This document shows, in pieces, positions 28,821-38,163 of a stretch of DNA of 64,000 nt. A program made the translations under genes and the position numbers. The stretch comes from a bacterium. GTDB taxonomy: Bacteria > Patescibacteriota > Saccharimonadia > Saccharimonadales > DATKHC01. The notes beneath the pieces were generated by a model that was not told where the DNA came from, did no database searches, and worked only from the letters and a program-made list of their open reading frames with translations. Position 1 is the first letter of the stretch. Each line of letters begins with the position of its first letter. Location: positions 83,371 to 147,370 of the forward strand of contig JAJXXC010000002.1 of NCBI GenBank assembly GCA_021781215.1. The letters run 5' to 3'.

Positions 28821-30209
28821 ATGGGTACCAAAAAAAACAATATTTTTGAAAAAACAATCGAAGCCCCAGCAAAAATTCTCGAATCTAGTTTTGAAACTAG
28901 CCATAAAATTGCCAATAAAGTTCCTCGAAACAGTAAAATTAACCCCTATAAACGGGCTAGGGACTACTGGTATACGCTAGGGCCCGGCCTAACAACCGGC
29001 GCATCAGACGACGACCCATCAGGCATCGCCACTTACTCGCAGACAGGAGCTCAATACGGCCTGGGCTTACTTTGGATGGCGGCATTCACTTTTCCGCTCA
29101 TGGCTGTCGTCCAAGAGATGTGTGCCAGAATCGGACTAGTCACAGGAAGGGGACTAGCTGGCAATATTCGTAAACATTTTGGTAAAAAAGTTTTATATGG
29201 CAGTACAATCCTACTTTTTGCTGCCAATACTTTCAATATTGGCGCAGATATTGGGTCAATGGCAAAGGCCGTACAATTACTAGCACCTAGAATTAATTTC
29301 AGCCTCCTGACCATTGGTTTTAGTATCTTTATATTATTACTACAGATCTTAACCCCATATGTTAAATATGCTAAATACTTAAAGTGGCTAGCTCTAATTT
29401 TATTTGTCTATATCGCATCGGCAATTTTGGCCCATCCAGACTGGAATATGATCGTTCGGCATGGAATAATCCCACACATAACCATGAGCCGTGATCAAAT
29501 TCTTCTAATTTGCGCTATTCTTGGGACAACGATCACCCCATATCTATTTTTCTGGCAAACCTCCCAAGAGATAGATGAGGAAATAGCCGCAGGAGCTACG
29601 ACCATTGCCAAAAGAGCAGGATCAGATAAAGTTCAGATGAAGTCCATGAGGGTAGACGTATGGTCGGGAATGTTCATATCTAACTTAGTAATGTTCTTCA
29701 TCATTGCCGCCTGTGGAAGCATTTTATTTACTCATGGAATAACCAACATAACTACAGCAGCTCAAGCAGCAGAAGCGCTGAGACCATTTGCGGGAAATGC
29801 GACTTATCTATTATTCGCAATCGGTATTATTGGTACCGGGCTATTGGCCATACCAGTTATGGCTGGGGCTAGCGCTTACGCCGTTAGTGAAACGATTGGT
29901 AAAAGACAGGGGTTAAACTCTAAACTTAAGCAAGCTTCAGCATTTTACGGAATTATTATTTTTTCCATGCTGATAGGGTTAGGCCTTAACTTTATCGGCC
30001 TAGATCCAATTAAGGCTTTAATTTATTCTGCTGTAGGCAACGGAATCGTAGCTCCAGTAATTTTGGTACTAATTTTATTAATCGCTAGAAATGAAAAAGT
30101 TATGGGAGAATGGAAAAATGGCAAACTATCTGCATCGTTAGGATGGATATTAACCCTACTGATGACAGTGTCTGGAGTGGCCGTAATCTATACTTTGTTT
30201 ATAAATTGA
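28821..30209 (+). CDS. Nramp/SLC11-family cation transporter with non-canonical metal-site motifs
   Basis: GPGLTTGASDDDPSGIATYSQTGAQYG (TM1) and AILGTTITPYLFFWQ (TM6) are colinear with the Nramp DPGN and A..MPH motifs but carry substitutions. About 11 TM segments. Confidence 0.8.
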   Translation: MGTKKNNIFEKTIEAPAKILESSFETSHKIANKVPRNSKINPYKRARDYWYTLGPGLTTGASDDDPSGIATYSQTGAQYGLGLLWMAAFTFPLMAVVQEMCARIGLVTGRGLAGNIRKHFGKKVLYGSTILLFAANTFNIGADIGSMAKAVQLLAPRINFSLLTIGFSIFILLLQILTPYVKYAKYLKWLALILFVYIASAILAHPDWNMIVRHGIIPHITMSRDQILLICAILGTTITPYLFFWQTSQEIDEEIAAGATTIAKRAGSDKVQMKSMRVDVWSGMFISNLVMFFIIAACGSILFTHGITNITTAAQAAEALRPFAGNATYLLFAIGIIGTGLLAIPVMAGASAYAVSETIGKRQGLNSKLKQASAFYGIIIFSMLIGLGLNFIGLDPIKALIYSAVGNGIVAPVILVLILLIARNEKVMGEWKNGKLSASLGWILTLLMTVSGVAVIYTLFIN

Positions 30210-30212
30210 TTC

Positions 30213-30272
30213 TTACGCTGTTTTAGCTTTTTTTGGTTTTTTAATTTCTTTTCGGCCTTTATCTTTTGACAT
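30213..30272 (-). CDS. candidate 19-aa lysine-rich small ORF
   Basis: Own translation: MSKDKGRKEIKKPKKAKTA. AAGGA lies 5 nt upstream of the ATG. The ORF is 64 nt downstream of yajQ on the same strand. Coding status is unproven. Confidence 0.3.
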   Translation of the reverse strand: MSKDKGRKEIKKPKKAKTA

Positions 30273-30336
30273 AAAAATCCTTGTTAGTCTTAGTTGTAAT
30301 GCTTAGTATAACTTAGAAAATTATAAAATAAAGACC

Positions 30337-30837
30337 TTATCTAAAATTATTAAAGCTAAGAGGGTAATCAAGATCATTAGACCTAAGCAGTGCCATCACT
30401 GACTGAAGATCATCTTTCTTTGCAGAAAATACTCTTACAGCATCTCCCTGAATTTGCACCTTCACCTTAGGGAATGATTCCCTAATCAACGAACTAATCT
30501 GCTTAGCCTTTTCCTGATTTAAGCCCTTCTTGAAAGGCACTCCCCAAGAAACTTTAAAATTAGATTCATTAGGTTTATTAGCATCAAGGTCTAAAGTTTT
30601 AAGACTTTGTCCCCTTAAAGATAGTTTTTTTCTAAAAATATCTACTATTACATCTAATTGGTATTGGTTCTCGCCAATAATTTTGATTCCACTCTTGTCG
30701 CTGTCCAGCCACTCTAGATTAATATTTGCAGATTTAAAATCATAACGATTACTAATTTCACGCTGAGTCTGATCGAAAACATTATTCATCTCTGCTTTAT
30801 CAAACTCACTTACAATATCAAAACTAAAATCAGCCAT
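30337..30837 (-). CDS. yajQ: YajQ-family nucleotide-binding protein (UPF0234)
   Basis: MADFSFDIVSEFDKAEMNNVFDQTQREISNRYDFK is the YajQ N-terminal signature. The length is 166 aa. Confidence 0.85.
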   Translation of the reverse strand: MADFSFDIVSEFDKAEMNNVFDQTQREISNRYDFKSANINLEWLDSDKSGIKIIGENQYQLDVIVDIFRKKLSLRGQSLKTLDLDANKPNESNFKVSWGVPFKKGLNQEKAKQISSLIRESFPKVKVQIQGDAVRVFSAKKDDLQSVMALLRSNDLDYPLSFNNFR

Positions 30838-30878
30838 GGGGTTATTATATCGGATATATTAGATTATTTAAGTATCGG

Positions 30879-31595
30879 CTATTTATTATATTGATCTTTT
30901 TTTAGAAGTTCATCTATTGTTATGAATCTATAGCCATCTTTTAATAACCTTGTGATTACCAGACCAACTGCTTGAACCGTTTGGGCCCTGTCTCCAACCC
31001 CACCTTCTTTGCCGTCATGAAAAATGATAATTGCGCCCGGTTTTGCTTTTTTTATGACTGCTCTAGCAATTTTATTAGCATCAATTTTAAACACTTCGAG
31101 AGAATGACAAAACTCTCCAGAAATTGGAGTCAATCCAGCTGATTTTAATCTTCGAAGCAATGATGGATATCGCCATAGCCATGGCGAGCGGTAAAGGGTA
31201 GGGGTTATATTTAAATACTTGTCAAATATCTCTTGGTTTTTTAAAACTTCTAGCTGATAAAAATTAGGCCTAAAATAGTTTCTAAAACGATGCGACACTG
31301 AATGGCTACCAATACTATGCCCCGCAGCCAACACCTTTCTTGCGACATCAGGATATCGCTCAATGCAGTTACCGACCATAAAAAATGTAGCTTTTATATT
31401 ATTTTCACTCAAGATATCTAATATCTGTGAGGTATAGGGCTCATTGGGGCCATCATCAAAAGTCAATGCAATCAACTTCTCTCTTGTTCTTACGCGCCAT
31501 ATATATCTGCCAAATACTTGAGAATATGAAGACATGAATAACCAGTAGCTGATAGCCAATAAAACCAAGATAATTAAAATTGAGAGAAATATCAT
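30879..31595 (-). CDS. polysaccharide deacetylase (NodB homology domain), N-terminal TM anchor
   Basis: LTFDDGPNEPYT, GHSIGSHSVSH and IIIFHDG motifs. Confidence 0.85.
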   Translation of the reverse strand: MIFLSILIILVLLAISYWLFMSSYSQVFGRYIWRVRTREKLIALTFDDGPNEPYTSQILDILSENNIKATFFMVGNCIERYPDVARKVLAAGHSIGSHSVSHRFRNYFRPNFYQLEVLKNQEIFDKYLNITPTLYRSPWLWRYPSLLRRLKSAGLTPISGEFCHSLEVFKIDANKIARAVIKKAKPGAIIIFHDGKEGGVGDRAQTVQAVGLVITRLLKDGYRFITIDELLKKDQYNK

Positions 31596-31598
31596 TGT

Positions 31599-32498
31599 CT
31601 ACTTCCTAAATGCGGTCTTAACCCTATCTATAGTACTAATAGTGTCATGCATATTATCTTTCAAAAAACTGCGCGAATATGGGATGGCAATAATAGCGAT
31701 GAGAATACCTGCGTAAACTGGCATCAATTTATTGCTAAAAGCAGTTTTTATACTGATCGGTTTTTTCCTAAAAGCAGGCGCAGAGCCAATTATTTCTCTT
31801 TTAAATAATCGATTAAGATAGTAGGCCGTTAAATAATAGAACAGAAATGTTACAAATAAATTATAGAATAGTCCTTGCTCAAGCCTTCTTCCCGAAGTAT
31901 AGGTTGAATTATTGTAGATAAATTTTACCCTACCACGTTTGCGGAGCTTGTGTAATAGATCGACTTCATCTCCAGCTTGTGGCAAATTAACATCGTATCC
32001 CTCCCATTCAGACTTCTTGAAGGCGATATTCGTGGCACTTAAATAAAATGGATGTCTGATTAAAAATTGAAGAAAAAACACGCTGCCAAATAAAAAAGGA
32101 GTATAGATTCGACCCCAACGAGGTCCAGTTATATATCTACACGGACCCCCAACAGCCACAATTTTGGAATTATTTTCAAAAGTAGCATTTATTTTAGTCA
32201 ACCAATCTTTTGAAAAAATCGTATCCGCATCAGTTGAAACTATAATTTCACCATTTGCATGTTCCGTGCCCGCCTGTCTGGCCCAACAGACACCCGGTTG
32301 TTTCTCGCTAACAACCTTAGCTCCGAAAGATTTTGCTATATTAACCGTGTCGTCGGTACAATTATTATCAACAATAATTATTTCAACATTCCCCTTAAAT
32401 GTCTGTTTTTTTAAAGATTCTAGGGTAGCGGCAATATAATTTTCCTCGTTATAACAAGGTATAACGATACTAAAGCGGGGTTTATTTAATTTATCCAT
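31599..32498 (-). CDS. family 2 glycosyltransferase with C-terminal TM segments
   Basis: FSIVIPCYNEE and STDADTIF (DxD) motifs. It lies 3 nt upstream of the deacetylase. Confidence 0.85.
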   Translation of the reverse strand: MDKLNKPRFSIVIPCYNEENYIAATLESLKKQTFKGNVEIIIVDNNCTDDTVNIAKSFGAKVVSEKQPGVCWARQAGTEHANGEIIVSTDADTIFSKDWLTKINATFENNSKIVAVGGPCRYITGPRWGRIYTPFLFGSVFFLQFLIRHPFYLSATNIAFKKSEWEGYDVNLPQAGDEVDLLHKLRKRGRVKFIYNNSTYTSGRRLEQGLFYNLFVTFLFYYLTAYYLNRLFKREIIGSAPAFRKKPISIKTAFSNKLMPVYAGILIAIIAIPYSRSFLKDNMHDTISTIDRVKTAFRK

Positions 32499-32678
32499 AA
32501 AATATTATTGATTTGACCAGCGTGCACCCTAAAAATAACTCATCTCAGTTTACAATAACTTTTGATAATTAGACACTAAAAATGTGATGTTTTTAGTAAT
32601 TATATTAAGCTACATAGAAATAATATAGCTCGACTCTAACGGTTAAGCATTGGGTCAGTATTATAACTTCTTTGTTTA

Positions 32679-33371
32679 TTATTTATCTTTTTTGAGTGCT
32701 AAAGCAGCGTCGTGTAGCTCATCGTATAGCTGACGGTTTTTTTGATTATCTCTCTCAAAAGTCTCACCGTCAGCCTTATCATATGCAGTCTTTAGTTTAT
32801 CGTATGCGTCTTTTAGACTTGGGTCCAGCCCTTCATTAGACGAAAGTACTACACCCATACTCCCAATACTGATTGGACATCTAAGCACTACATTGCCACC
32901 TGTTTTTCCCTCTTTTACTAATATATGGGCAGAAAGCTCTGTATCAAAAAGGCCAAGATTTATATTTCCTAGTCCATAACTTCTCAGCAGTTCAAGTACT
33001 TCGTCAATATTATCGTAAGAAAAAACAATGCTTGTTTCCAGATTATGCTCACTATCAAACATAGATCCAATTTCTATATCATTTGCGTTATCTGCAAATA
33101 TAATTGCCGTATCGGTAAACTCACGACTTCTTCCTTGCGCGTCTCGTCGTTCTGCTGCCTCTTTTAATCTATTTGATAACGACTTTGGAACAACTTCAGT
33201 CTCTACTACTTCACCCAAAGCGACTCCTTTGTTCTCAATGTCTCTTACATGATCTGGGTTTAATCCGTCGAGCTCTTGTGTGGCAGCCAATAATCCAGTT
33301 TTAGTTTCACCATCAATGCGCGGAAGCTCATGGATAGATTGATTACCAGGAAAATCCTCTATCGTACTCAT
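32679..33371 (-). CDS. hypothetical cytoplasmic protein (orphan)
   Basis: A 230-aa ORF with no signal peptide or TM segment. SD AAAGGGTA and an upstream promoter-like site are present. Confidence 0.6.
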   Translation of the reverse strand: MSTIEDFPGNQSIHELPRIDGETKTGLLAATQELDGLNPDHVRDIENKGVALGEVVETEVVPKSLSNRLKEAAERRDAQGRSREFTDTAIIFADNANDIEIGSMFDSEHNLETSIVFSYDNIDEVLELLRSYGLGNINLGLFDTELSAHILVKEGKTGGNVVLRCPISIGSMGVVLSSNEGLDPSLKDAYDKLKTAYDKADGETFERDNQKNRQLYDELHDAALALKKDK

Positions 33372-33423
33372 TTTTCATACCCTTTCAAAATTTTAATTAT
33401 TTTTTCTTTTTTGATATATCGCT

Positions 33424-33453
33424 ATTCTACTAGCGCTTAGACTATCCTGTCAA
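33424..33453 (-). promoter_or_regulatory. putative promoter TTGACA-N18-TAGAAT (minus strand) for 32679..33371
   Basis: The reverse complement of 33448-33453 is TTGACA and of 33424-33429 is TAGAAT. Confidence 0.4.
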
Positions 33454-33850
33454 TAAATAGCATCGCTCTATCTGGCAAGATACCTTAAGATACGAAACCC
33501 TGTATTCCTTAAGCTACCGGCATAATAGCTTGTATCCACTAGTAACGATAGTTGATTCTGCAAATAGTATTGAAAACTAACAAATGTGCGGATATAACGC
33601 CTTGATAACCAAGCTTAAGACCACTCAAGGACGTCAATGACTACAATCTTTTTAAGAATTATGCATCTTTAGATTGATCATTTTTTCATTGGTTGTATTC
33701 TCGGCAACTACTTTACTGGATTTTAGTGATTCAGAATTAGCAATATTATTTTATTTAAAAAATTATACTAGAACTTCAATGATTTATTGACTTGCATATT
33801 AAATTATCTGCATCTAAAGTTAGGATATAACAATAGATAGGGGATCTTAG

Positions 33851-35239
33851 ATGGACGAAAATGCTTCAGTTAAAAAAATATTTTCAAAACTTATGATTGA
33901 GCGAGTGCCTTCATACGCCAATAAAATATTCTACTCTCTAGGTTTCTTATCGATGATTTGCTTTACGATCCTAATTGTAACTGGGGTCATCATGGTATCC
34001 TTTGGCCCAAACTGGTGGCTGGTTAATGCTACTGGGCAATTTTTTCGAAGCATCCATCTCTGGGCTACTCAAGCCTTTGTTCTGTTTACAATTCTTCATT
34101 TATTAATTGTTTTTCTAACCTCGGGTTATAAGAAGCCTAGACGCTTAACTTGGGTGATTGGTGCCATAATGTTCTTTTTTGTTCTTATTGAGGCAGAATT
34201 TGGCTATGTTTTACGGGGAGATTTTTCATCACAATATCGGAGCCTCCAAGGTGCAGATTTATTTAATGGCAGTGGCATAGGCGGTTTTCTTAATGAGTTA
34301 AACTACCGACAAATCTTTGGATTGCACATAGTTGTTGTCCCACTACTCGTCTTGGGGTTATTGTTTATTCATTACGTTCTAATCAAAGCTAGGGGTATCG
34401 CCAAACCTTATCGACAAGATGTTAACTACACGGTAGTAAGGGCTAACCATAAAATATTATTCTTGCGAGGATTTATATTAATTCTGGCTATAGTTGGCCT
34501 GGCTGCTATCTTCCCATCACCATTCATTATTCCCACCTCAATTCAGGGTGTAGCCCAACAAGATCCGCAACTAATAAGCCAAACACTCGTCAAAGAATTT
34601 ACTAGAACCTCAGACACAGCCGCATATTTAGACAATATTGACCCATATAAATTTGATGTCAGGCAAGTATATATCGTCCAGCCTTATCAGAAATTAATGA
34701 TCGTCCAACACTCAGCAAACCAACTTAATATATTCGACGCAGAGTCAATAACAGCTCAAAACACACAGTTAGCGCAAGCAACCAGCTACTTTAATAACAA
34801 AATTAAACTACCGAAGCTTAATCCAGCTATAAATATAATCAACTCGCTCACCACTATGGCACAGTCTGGTTTATATGAGGCATCGCTGACTAACGCTAAC
34901 CCATCTGGAGATCAAACAACATATGCTCTACGTTTCCTTTCCGATACCGGCATCATGGATGCTAAGGCCCAAGCCCTCGGTATAACAACCCAGCAATATG
35001 GCATGCTACATGAAGAATCGAGCAAATTCCCAGTAGGGGCTTGGTGGTTGGCGCCGATTGGTTTATTAGACCACACTCTATTGGCTCATGATTCCAATGC
35101 TGACCGAGACGGAGCAGTTATAGTTGGCTTATCTATATTCGTCTTAATAGCATTCCCATACATACCATACTTTAACACCATACCGGATAAGCTTAAGGTC
35201 TATAAATTAGTTTGGCGTGAACGTAAGAGTAACCGATAA
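33851..35239 (+). CDS. cytochrome b (bc/b6-type N-terminal four-helix, di-haem motif)-like membrane protein with a large extra domain
   Basis: ILIVTGVIM, RSIH69-x13-H83, KKPRRLTWVIGAIMFF...FGYVL and LH159-x14-H174 are colinear with cytochrome b/b6 helices A-D. The C-terminal ~260 aa are unrelated and end in one more TM segment. Confidence 0.65.
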   Translation: MDENASVKKIFSKLMIERVPSYANKIFYSLGFLSMICFTILIVTGVIMVSFGPNWWLVNATGQFFRSIHLWATQAFVLFTILHLLIVFLTSGYKKPRRLTWVIGAIMFFFVLIEAEFGYVLRGDFSSQYRSLQGADLFNGSGIGGFLNELNYRQIFGLHIVVVPLLVLGLLFIHYVLIKARGIAKPYRQDVNYTVVRANHKILFLRGFILILAIVGLAAIFPSPFIIPTSIQGVAQQDPQLISQTLVKEFTRTSDTAAYLDNIDPYKFDVRQVYIVQPYQKLMIVQHSANQLNIFDAESITAQNTQLAQATSYFNNKIKLPKLNPAINIINSLTTMAQSGLYEASLTNANPSGDQTTYALRFLSDTGIMDAKAQALGITTQQYGMLHEESSKFPVGAWWLAPIGLLDHTLLAHDSNADRDGAVIVGLSIFVLIAFPYIPYFNTIPDKLKVYKLVWRERKSNR

Positions 35240-35254
35240 ACCACAACAACCTAT

Positions 35255-36991
35255 TTACCACATAATATTGATAAGACCTTGAGGCATATTTTCTGTCTCA
35301 TATTGGCCAGTACAACCCGTGCTGCTAGGCGGCAAGGTTGCGTGAAAAATTGAGCCAACAGAACCGTTGTTGGCAGTTATGTCAGAGAATTTAACAGCTG
35401 ACTGATGTATGTTGCTGCATGATGATCCGGTGCTGTATCGTTCATGAAATGTAGCAGATTTTGTATCTAACATTCCGATCTGGGCAGGGGTAGTAATACT
35501 ACCAATTATAGACGACACTTTAGTAGAGGTATCGATTACTGATGCAGTCCAGGTATTGATAAAAGCTGATTTATTAGTCAGCTCTAGTTTTAAATCATAG
35601 GTATGATTTATTAACCAATTATATTTTATTTCTGACGAATAATAAGTTTTATCACCCTGGCTACCAGAGGTATTATATCCCGGACCACTCGAGGAGAGAG
35701 ACCCCCAAATTGTAAATTTAGCCGTTTTACCCGACGATCCCTGTCCCACAGTCTCTAGCCCAAGATATCCCGTAAAAGAATCCGAAGCCTTAGAAAAATA
35801 AAATTGATTAGCAAAAAGGTATCCGTCAGGCGATCCATCTGATACTGGTGTTATATTTGCATCCATTCCGGTTAAGCCCTGGGTAGTTTCGGGCCAGTAC
35901 CAATAAGTATTATCAAAATATATTGCGTTTGTTAATGCTTGAGTGCTTGAGCCATTAAAAATTTTTGGAGCTACTGCCACGACCTGACTTACCGTAGAAT
36001 TATTGGCCACTACTGTCCCGGTGGTTGCCGACTGATTTGAACTAGTTGTCGCCGCAGGACTACAATTGCTTAAACTACTGACTTTTACTGGACTGGTCCA
36101 GGCTGCAGAATAACTGGTATCAGGTAGTGGCCCCAAGGCTATAGAGTCTCCTGCCGGTAAATTATCTAATGCATTGTCTGCCGTCATCCAGGCCCCAGCC
36201 TGGTCTTGCGATGACCCAGTAGCCAACGTACCGTCATAATTCCACGCTGAGCCTAAATCAATAATTTGATTACTATTCAACCATGCGGCGGCGTGAGGCG
36301 AGTATGCCCCACTCTGCATTTCGGGGACATAACTAGGCGTTACCATGGCTACATAAACATTTACTGTTCCGCTAATGGCGCCAGGGCTTTGACATGCATA
36401 GGAATAAAAAGTCGAGTTGGTGTAGGCCGATTGACCACTGGCCGAATATTTTACAACGTTAGCCTGATCGGCTACAACCTTAGCTTGATCATTTTTGTAA
36501 GCTGTTACCAGTGTGGTTTCTGCCGCCAAATCGCTCTTTAAAATATCATTTTTATGAGCCAAAATCGTCCTATCACTATTAACTCTTTCTAGAATGTTTG
36601 GGTTTCCAGCATTCGGACCAGAAGCATATGCAACTTTTGCATTTGCGAAAGCTTTTGATGCAACGTTAACCGCCTCTTGGTCAGACTGGACTATCTTTTC
36701 CTGCAAGGTAAGGAGAGATTGGTCTTCTGCAACCGCTGATTGATCAGTCGCTAGTTCGTCCTCTGATGTTTGAAGAATAGTCAAACTTGCTGTTGAATAT
36801 GAGCTAGCTGCAACTATGGGATTTTGAACACTTTTGCCCAAATAATCGTATGTATAACTCGATGCCTTTGATCCACCGGTAACATCAAAAATATAGACAC
36901 CAATTCCGATCATAGAGATTATGGCAGCCACCATAGTAATGAATTCAACGCGCGAGAAATCTTTGAAATTTAGTTTTTTAAGAAATGCCAT
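35255..36991 (-). CDS. large surface protein: prepilin-like N-terminus, coiled region, C-terminal lectin-like beta module
   Basis: The N-terminus is MAFLKKLNFKDFSRVEFITMVAAIISMIGIGVYIF. The C-terminal ~170 aa are homologous to the ectodomain of 43467..44768. Confidence 0.7.
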   Translation of the reverse strand: MAFLKKLNFKDFSRVEFITMVAAIISMIGIGVYIFDVTGGSKASSYTYDYLGKSVQNPIVAASSYSTASLTILQTSEDELATDQSAVAEDQSLLTLQEKIVQSDQEAVNVASKAFANAKVAYASGPNAGNPNILERVNSDRTILAHKNDILKSDLAAETTLVTAYKNDQAKVVADQANVVKYSASGQSAYTNSTFYSYACQSPGAISGTVNVYVAMVTPSYVPEMQSGAYSPHAAAWLNSNQIIDLGSAWNYDGTLATGSSQDQAGAWMTADNALDNLPAGDSIALGPLPDTSYSAAWTSPVKVSSLSNCSPAATTSSNQSATTGTVVANNSTVSQVVAVAPKIFNGSSTQALTNAIYFDNTYWYWPETTQGLTGMDANITPVSDGSPDGYLFANQFYFSKASDSFTGYLGLETVGQGSSGKTAKFTIWGSLSSSGPGYNTSGSQGDKTYYSSEIKYNWLINHTYDLKLELTNKSAFINTWTASVIDTSTKVSSIIGSITTPAQIGMLDTKSATFHERYSTGSSCSNIHQSAVKFSDITANNGSVGSIFHATLPPSSTGCTGQYETENMPQGLINIMW

Positions 36992-37110
36992 GTCTTTATT
37001 TCATAGGATGCTTACGGTTATATAACTTAAGCTTAACTGAAGATTAGGGTTCACACAAGTTAACATCTAGGCAAACAACATTAGACGCTCAGGATAGTAG
37101 GGACCAAGAC

Positions 37111-37425
37111 CTATTCATCAACCTTTTCCAAAAAAACCCTGTTACTAAAACCACCACGCAAGGACTTTTTTTCTTTTCTTGCAGACTCTATTTGATTAGT
37201 TGTAAACCCAAGTTTTTTACCAATAGCATATATTACCTCCAGAACATCGGCTAATTCTTCTAGTGAAGGGTTGTCTTTTAACTCCTGGGCTTCCTCAAAA
37301 AGTTTATCTATTAAGGCTATTAAATACTCTTTTTCATCTGACAAAATACGTGTATAAGGGATATCGCCATTAGCTTTAATTATATTGGGGATTTTATCTC
37401 TGACTAATTTATTGTAGGTCTTCAT
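37111..37425 (-). CDS. MazG-like nucleoside triphosphate pyrophosphohydrolase (small all-alpha type)
   Basis: YNKLVRDKIPNII...EEAQEL...EELADVLEVIYAI shows the EExxE/D pattern. The length is 104 aa. Confidence 0.75.
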   Translation of the reverse strand: MKTYNKLVRDKIPNIIKANGDIPYTRILSDEKEYLIALIDKLFEEAQELKDNPSLEELADVLEVIYAIGKKLGFTTNQIESARKEKKSLRGGFSNRVFLEKVDE

Positions 37426-37507
37426 TGTTAATTTAATTATTTAACTTAAACAAAAAATTAACAAGCACGAAGTTAATCTACGCCACATCAATCTAAATTT
37501 AAATGTC

Positions 37508-38128
37508 TTAGGTATTTATTTTATTCGCAAATACAACTAGTCTACTTGAATAGGTTTTATTATCCGGGTTCCATATCCCTTGACAGGTAATAATATTGAG
37601 ATGAGATAAATTATCGGTTGATGCGAATATATTTTTATCACTCTGACTAGGCGTGTAAATCTTTAGATCAACTACCACGAAAGATACGACCATATTATTA
37701 TTCTCTACAACCCTAATCAAGTTACCCTTATTTAGTTTATTTAGGTCATTAAATACCGCGGGCTCTCCATTTATCCAAAATCCATAATGCCCATCAATGA
37801 CCGAGCTCCCAATCTCTCCGGGGCGCGGACCTAAATTGAACCAAGCCCCGTTATTCCTACCGATTGGTACATCCATTGCGCCGTTACTGGCGATGCCCAC
37901 TGATTCTAGATTAATTGCAAGACTAATAGACGGTATAAGCAGCTTAACGGGAATGCCATATATAGGCAAAACTACCGGTTTGGTATTGATTTGTTTGCGG
38001 TATGTATTGGCGGTCGAAGCTATAGACGGAGAAATAGTTCGATATATACCTAGGCTAATAATGGGTACAAGCAATATCAACAATATGGTAAATCTAGCCG
38101 ATTTTTTATTTAAAAGGCTACTAGACAT
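37508..38128 (-). CDS. sortase-family transpeptidase
   Basis: An N-terminal TM anchor, then His (VIDGHYG), the catalytic Cys in LNIITCQG and Arg in SSRLVVFA. Confidence 0.85.
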   Translation of the reverse strand: MSSSLLNKKSARFTILLILLVPIISLGIYRTISPSIASTANTYRKQINTKPVVLPIYGIPVKLLIPSISLAINLESVGIASNGAMDVPIGRNNGAWFNLGPRPGEIGSSVIDGHYGFWINGEPAVFNDLNKLNKGNLIRVVENNNMVVSFVVVDLKIYTPSQSDKNIFASTDNLSHLNIITCQGIWNPDNKTYSSRLVVFANKINT

Positions 38129-38163
38129 TGTGTTACTAAACGCTTAGCTTAGCCTGAGTAGTC

